Part shown: piece after piece, positions 58,166-64,000 of the stretch
Numbering within the stretch: position 1 is the stretch's first letter
How the letters are laid out: every line of letters begins with the position of its first letter
Source of the DNA: Anthoceros angustus
Lineage: Eukaryota > Plantae > Anthocerotophyta
Length of the DNA: 64,000 nucleotides
Direction of reading: 5' to 3'
NCBI GenBank assembly: GCA_010909165.1
Contig: MU008197.1
Location: 248,001 to 312,000 of the forward strand
Program-made: the position numbers and the translations under genes
Notes under the pieces: model-generated
What the model was told of the DNA's origin: nothing
The model's input: only the letters and a program-made list of their open reading frames with translations
Databases searched by the model: none

Positions 58166-58339
58166 GCTCGGTGGCATCAAGTCGCTCTCAAGTCATTTAA
58201 CGCTATAAATCGGGGAAAGTGCTTAAATGAATTCAAGTGCTTACCTTGAGAGGCCATGTTGCAGCCCCATCTTATGCATGTTGTATGTTATTGCAGGCGG
58301 GTGAATCAGAAGATGTTCTCCACTAACACTTACTATATG

Positions 58340-58540
58340 GAAATTGGTCTTCTTCTCAAATCTTGTGATGCGCTCTCCAGCATTGACCTCTTCGACAACC
58401 TTTTATCAAGCTCCATTCCTGATCACTTGACTATAGACTTCCCTATCCATGTCTCTCTCACCTTGTCTGGTAACACTATCCAGGTCTAGGAGCATATTCC
58501 AGTTGACATAGTGATGTGCCAGTTTCTCAATCAAACATCT
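58340..58540 (+). pseudogene. Plant LRR receptor-kinase ectodomain fragment (BIR1/LRR-X-like)
   Basis: LKSCDALSSIDLFDNLLSSSIPDHLTIDFPIHVSLTLSGNTIQV*EHIPVDIVMCQFLN, a plant-type LxxLDLSxNxLSGxIP pattern. Confidence 0.7.
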
Positions 58541-59207
58541 CATTCATCTCCATCAGCCTGGAGGCATGGCAGGTAGTGTATTCGTCTTGTACAAATTGGC
58601 TGCTAAAATTGGCTGCTAACATGACTTCAAATTCGATGCCACCGTTTTCGTCCAAGTTTTAAGACAGTTTTGTTGAGTCCTTGGGGAAGGACTTGATCCA
58701 AGTTCTCAGCAATAATCAGCTTTCTTTTGCCAAATGATACCCGCATCACTTCATTGCTCAGAGCACCTGAGCACATGCACCACTAAAGAATATTAAGATG
58801 TTTGCGAATATTAAGATGTTTGCATCCTCCAGCTTCTACTGCAACTTCTGTACAAAGACAGGAATGTATGCATTACATGCATATGAATCCCCTAAAACAA
58901 GTGGGTCAAGTGACTCAAACTACAAGAACTGCAAGTACAGACACCAAAATTGAGTCAAGTGTGGCTCTGCTACCGGATACTTGTGGGATCTGCTGGGATG
59001 TCATTGAGGAGTACCATGGAATTTGCTCCCATGAGCCAGGTGTGTGGAGTCGGCCTTGTCGGAAGTGCCTGAAGTGTGTGAACCCAACTCCAGGTTGCTT
59101 TGTTGCATATTGATGTAGATTGTCTACCAGTCCACCGTCGGGATCACACTTCCCTCACTTGTGACTGTGGTTCTTACTAAAGTATCTTGTGTTTGGAATG
59201 TGGGCAA

Positions 59208-59880
59208 TTACTTCCCGTGCTTGTAGCTGAGGGCAAGCAGATTTTGGTAAGCCCGCAGCAGATCGATCCCTGCGAAGCTGTCTTTGATGAGCGAGGCTGC
59301 GAATCCCGAAGGCTGCCCCACCACTTCCTCAGGCTCCACTTCCCGGGTTCGCACGGACACGACGCTGTTCCCGAAACAGGACGCCGGGGGCAGGCTGCAG
59401 TCGGGACCGGATGAAGACGTCATGCGCTCCGTGGCATCCACAATAGTGCCGAACGTGCGTTTCCCGTTTCCTTGCGCTTCACTGTCACAGATCTGGAGCC
59501 TGGCTCTCGTCACACACTGCCACAAGTGCGCGCAAACGCAGGTGACAGTGGAGAAACTCTGGCCACCGGTGTTCGTCGCAGGTGGCAGCCAAGGCCCGAG
59601 CGTGCAACGATATTGTTGCACACCAGCTGCGGCGGCTGGCCCGCCCTCTCCACCACCCTGCCCGCCATGGGATAGAAGAGCACCAGCACCCTAGCCAGCG
59701 ACTGTTTGAGCTCCTCCACCAGTCCCGCCAATCCCGATCTCGGGGTTTCATCGAACAGCAGGAGAAGGGGCACGTACACGTTGGGGATGAGCTGATCCAG
59801 GCTACGGATCTCACACCTTTCGTTCTCGTGCGATTTCTTCTCTGGATCTCCGGCGGGAACCACCATGGTGGTTACCACAT
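59208..59880 (-). pseudogene. BAHD acyltransferase fragment, internally deleted
   Basis: RSLDQLIPNVYVPLLLLF..LVEELKQSLARVLVLFYPMAGRV..QLVCNN and ASCFGNSVV; HXXXD and DFGWG not seen. Confidence 0.8.
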
Positions 59881-60049
59881 CGCGTAGACCCGTTTCAAGG
59901 CTGCCAAATTTCGCGCAGGCTCTGCTGCCCTCCGGTTGCAATTGGGATCACCATCACAAGTCTCGATTCCCTGGAGAGATGACAATTACCAGTTTCAAAG
60001 TTTGGGGAGGATCACACCACGAAGCACAGACGGGCGTCACCACACCGAG

Positions 60050-61612
60050 AAGCACAATGCCATCATCACACGAAGGCGTCACATACGAAAGCCTAAATAA
60101 GGAATGGCGTGCTACATCATGGGGCCTTCTGGCTCCGGCAAATCCACTCTTCTCGACACTCTGGCAGGCATGTGGGACGTGACAGTTTTGTTGAGTCCTT
60201 GGGGAAGGACTTGATCTCGCACACCGCGTCACAGGAAGTGACCGGTGTGATGGATCACAATGTCGTTTGGGCAGGGAGGTTGGCCAAGAATGCGAGGCAG
60301 ACGCACAGGGGCACATTTATCTCAAAGGCAGCAAGTAGTGGCTGTCGTGCGGCGTGGCGGTAAGTGGGAATGAGTTTTGGGGCTGGGACTGGGACAGTTA
60401 CTGTCACTTCGGGAGCTCATCGCTGCTGTGATTGTAGGCCTATGTGACGCAGAATGACAACTTGCCCGGGACGCTCACCGTATTTGAGACTATGGTGTAC
60501 TGGCTTTCTTCCGGCTTCCGGTCAGGATGCCCAGGGCACAGAATCATTAACACCACGATCGAGGAATGGGTCTTCAGTAAGCTTTGCACACGCCCATAGA
60601 GAATTAACATCTCAGAGGGGTGAGCGGAGGTGAGAGGAGATGGGTCACCATTGCCTTGGAGCTGCTTACCAAGCCTCGCTTTTTGTATCTGGATGAGCCT
60701 ACCAGTGACTTGGATAGGTGTGCGGGGATGGTGCACATTCGGAGTTATTTTTTTGTTGCTTCTCCTCATTCAGTGCTAAAATGGAAGGTGGGCTTGTTGC
60801 AGTGCTGCAGCCTTCTTTGTTACGACTACCTTGAAGAATTTGGCTCCAGATGGACGGACTGTCATCACTTCTATTCACCAGCCCAGCATCGAAGTCTTTG
60901 AGCTGTTCAACGACCTAGTTCTGCAGGACGATCTACGTTGGTGCCGTGTGGAGGCTAATCAGCTTGGTGGAGCAGTCGTCGCGATTTGAATGCGTGCTCC
61001 TGTCATTTCCATGTGGTGACTGGATGTCCCGTACGCGTGTTGAATCAGCATTTTGTGGATGCTGGTATACCTTGTCCACCATGGCAGATTCCCGCTTCTT
61101 GCAAGAGTCGACAGGAAGCGAAGCCAGCACCCTGATGCAGTGTTTTACCCTCACTCGAAGGTCCTTTATCAACATGTCCAGAGACGTAGGTTACTACTGG
61201 CTACGTCTTGCAATGAATTGCTTTGTGCCTGGCCATGGGAACCATGTTCTACAGCGTCGGCAATAGCTATGATGCTATACAGGTAGGTGAACGACCATTT
61301 CAACTCAGGCCCCCAGATATTATCTCCACTCTGTGCAGCCTAGTCACTACTATTGTTCTTAACATCTTCCATTGCTTGTTCTTCTCTTGGACTTCTCTAT
61401 GGGGTGGGAGCTTTTGTCATCAGTAGCACCCTCTCTTCTCTTCCATTCCCATTGCTCATCGCTTCCATTTCTGGAGCCCCTATGTACGCATGGTGGACCT
61501 CCATCCCGGCTTTCACTTCCTTTACTTCGTCTTCATCAGCTCCTCCACCACATCTGCTGTGGAGGGCTTGATGATGGCAATCTCAAGCGTTGTCCCGGAC
61601 TTCCTCATGTCA
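60050..61612 (+). pseudogene. ABCG half-transporter (ABCG11/WBC-like), spliced, frameshifted, TMD partly deleted
   Basis: IMGPSGSGKSTLLDTLA (Walker A), [83 protein letters not shown]. Confidence 0.9.
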
Positions 61613-61619
61613 TCGGAGC

Positions 61620-61730
61620 TGGAGCCTTGGATATTGAGTATACGTATCCTGCTTGGGGCAAGGCACCGTCTATCTTGGGAAAGTAGTTCGAAACCCCAAA
61701 GTTCTTATCCTGACGAAGCTCTGAACACAT
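61620..61730 (+). pseudogene. Short ABCB-like NBD fragment
   Basis: DIEYTYPA followed almost directly by VVRNPKVLILDEA (Walker B), with the intervening NBD missing. Confidence 0.5.
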
Positions 61731-61819
61731 GTGCTCTCTCTCCGCAGGCCCTAATAAGGGTCTTGGCTAGCCATTGCCTGTTTGGGCCAGGTAAGATTAG
61801 TGTTCCACCCTAAAGATGG

Positions 61820-63630
61820 TAGTTGACTGGTATTGCAGCCTCCCCTCCACCTACAGGACTGGTGTCATCGTTAGAATCATATGAAACTCTATTTGGCTCA
61901 ATGCTCCTCAGGAACCATAGAAGACTCGGTTGTAGGAGAAGAGCGGATTGCAGTGCTTGCTCTCCTTCTCAATACCCGCCATGTTTACTCAAGGTGGAAG
62001 CTGGATGGGAACGCTGAGCAACCTGACGGTCCAAAGGTATGAAGCCTTCTCCAAGTTGGTGTGGGGAGATGGAAACTTTCGTTCAGTCTTGTTCCTCTAA
62101 TATTATGTCATGCTCGCTGGCAGGGTCTCGGATGTACGGCACACCCTGGCTGCAACATATCGGTCATTCAATGGGAACCTGGATGACCTGCAGGAGATGG
62201 AAAGCTTGGTGGACCCTTGATGGATGCAGTCACATGGATTGCTGATTTCTCAGCTTTCAGGCGCTGATGCGTGAAAGCAAGGGATTGGCTGAAAGAGAAG
62301 CCAGTGAAAGAGCCCACCTTGCTGCTGATGTCGCCAGGGCGTGCGCAAGTCAGCTATTCTGAACAAGATGTGTCAGCTCACAAGATCGGGGTTTCCAGGT
62401 ACTGTTTGCTGCTATCGCTGTGTTGCACATGAGAGTCATATAGCATCAGGAGAGTCATTGGAGCCTTTGGAGGCCAAGCCTTGCCTATCTGAGATCGTAG
62501 CTTTTGTCTACCGCAGGAGCACTTGAAAAAAGCAAACTTGGACCTCTGCCTGGAGTCACCCGAAACAGATCAGGCTCCCAGGTCTGGGATATGTCCTTAC
62601 CAGCACTTGATATATGTCATCATCTTCCAGCCTGAGGCGAGTGGTGATAGCCTTTGCCTGCTGGCAATTGACATAGGTGGGTAACATGCGTCGTGCCAAG
62701 TTGGTAGACATCCAAGCATCTATGCGCTTGACACACCTGGATTGCTGGTACAAAAGATCCGTGATGTTGAGACAAGGTTGAAGCTGTCATTGACTGGTAC
62801 AGTCTCCCCACCACCTACAGGCCAGGTGCTATTGTTAGAAACACTTGAAACTCTGTTGGCTGATGTTGCTGCCTGCTCTTCAGGAGCCACAAAAGAGTCC
62901 GTGGTAGGAGATGAGCGGATTGCAAGGTACTTGCTCTCGTTACTGAATAATGCGCGTGATGTCTACTCGAGCTGGAAGCTGCATGGTAATGCTGAGCAAC
63001 CTAATGGTCCAGAGGTATGAGGTGTGGGGAGATGGAAACTTTTGTGCATTCCCCTATTATAACATTGTGTCATATATACTCGCAGGCTGTGCCTGACAGG
63101 GTATCAGATGTCCGGCACATCCTGGCTGCCACCTATCGGTCATTCAACGGGAACCTCAAAGATATGCAGGAGATGGAAGGCTTGGTGGACGACCAAATGA
63201 AGGCCTGTTGAAAACGCTCGCTGCGCTGGTAGATGGTGGCTCGCCACGTGTGGCGCAGGAGCTTGTGCAGGTGTACAGAGCAGGTACCTTGGGACGCTAC
63301 ACATGGGATATGGTTCCCGACTGCAGATAAACTTTTGTGCATTCCCCTAATATAACATTGTGACATATATGACTCGCAGGCTGTGCCTGACAGGGTACCA
63401 GATGTCCGGCACACCCTGGCTGCAACATATCGGTCATTCAAAGGGAACCTCTATGATATGCAGGAGATGGAAGGCTTAGTGGACGACCAAATGCAGGCCT
63501 TGTCAGGCCTGTTGAAAATCCTTGCTGAGTTGGTACATGGTGGCTCGCCACGTGTGGCGGAGGAGTTTGTGCAGGTGTACAGGGCAGGTAGCGTGGGACG
63601 CTACACATGGAATATGGTTCCCGTCTGCAG
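61820..63630 (+). pseudogene. Repeated fragments of a YlqF/RbgA-family GTPase (SIN2/DAR GTPase-like)
   Basis: LGPLPGVTR (about 62535), PSIYALDTPGLLV..LKLSLTG (DTPG 62730-62741), KESVVGDERIARYLL, VYRAGTLGRYT. The SVVG.ERIA exon occurs twice and the final exon three times (about 62080, 63085, 63380). Confidence 0.8.
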
Positions 63631-64000
63631 AAAAAGAGGTTTGCACGCACACACTTGCTGAACTGTGAGAATAGGCAGAAGCTTACAAAATGTACACAGG
63701 TTTCTTAGGTTACTACTTGTGGTAACGACTTCTGCAGGGAAGTCGATAGAGGTGGCTGAAGTACATCAAATCACACGGTTGAAGAGAAGCTGGTCAAAGT
63801 GGTGCTGCATCTTGGCTGAGGGGGAGGTCCAGCCGTCGTTGTCTGCGTAGAGGTAATATGCGACAATGGCATTGTGCAAAAAGACGAGTTTGCAGGGTGT
63901 GGGCACAGCCGATGGAGTGAAGACATGTTGCACCAGCTGTTTCATGTTGGATTCCACTATAGCTCGGATGTCGTGGTCCGCTTCCTCCTCGCTCTTCTCC

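Noticed and set aside
63760-64000. Minus-strand open stretch (..AIVAYYLYADNDGW..)
   Set aside because: Truncated by the window edge and not assignable, so not listed as a feature.

Overview
Eukaryotic, transposon-dense DNA from a land plant. GT-AG introns and ABCG, BAHD, LRR-RLK and SIN2-like fragments support this; a non-seed plant such as a liverwort is my inference. I see no intact host gene, rRNA, tRNA or CRISPR array. Nearly every coding segment is frameshifted and duplicated copies differ by many 1-3 bp indels, so this may be an unpolished long-read assembly in which pseudogenisation cannot be separated from sequencing error. Left to right: (1) the 3' part of a gene with a bacterial-type beta-class N4-cytosine/N6-adenine DNA methyltransferase domain (1-1200), followed by a perfect hairpin; this is the strongest candidate for an undescribed system. 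(2) LTR fragments with a nested 275-bp solo LTR. (3) A CACTA 5' TIR and TNP2 transposase. (4) Two divergent, spliced genes of unknown function separated by a G/T-rich repeat block. (5) A 15.8-kb Athila-like Ty3/gypsy element whose 4.1-4.4 kb LTRs carry a protein-coding remnant in U3; the same accessory protein recurs in four other LTR-derived segments. (6) A heptad-repeat gene. (7) A Sola-type DDD transposase interrupted by a 7.2-kb non-autonomous gag-protease-only LTR element that shares PBS/PPT signals with the large element. (8) A probable 4.5-kb solo LTR. (9) A 6-kb mosaic of host-gene fragments. All family calls come from manual motif reading across frameshifts, not from searches, and boundaries are approximate unless a motif is quoted.
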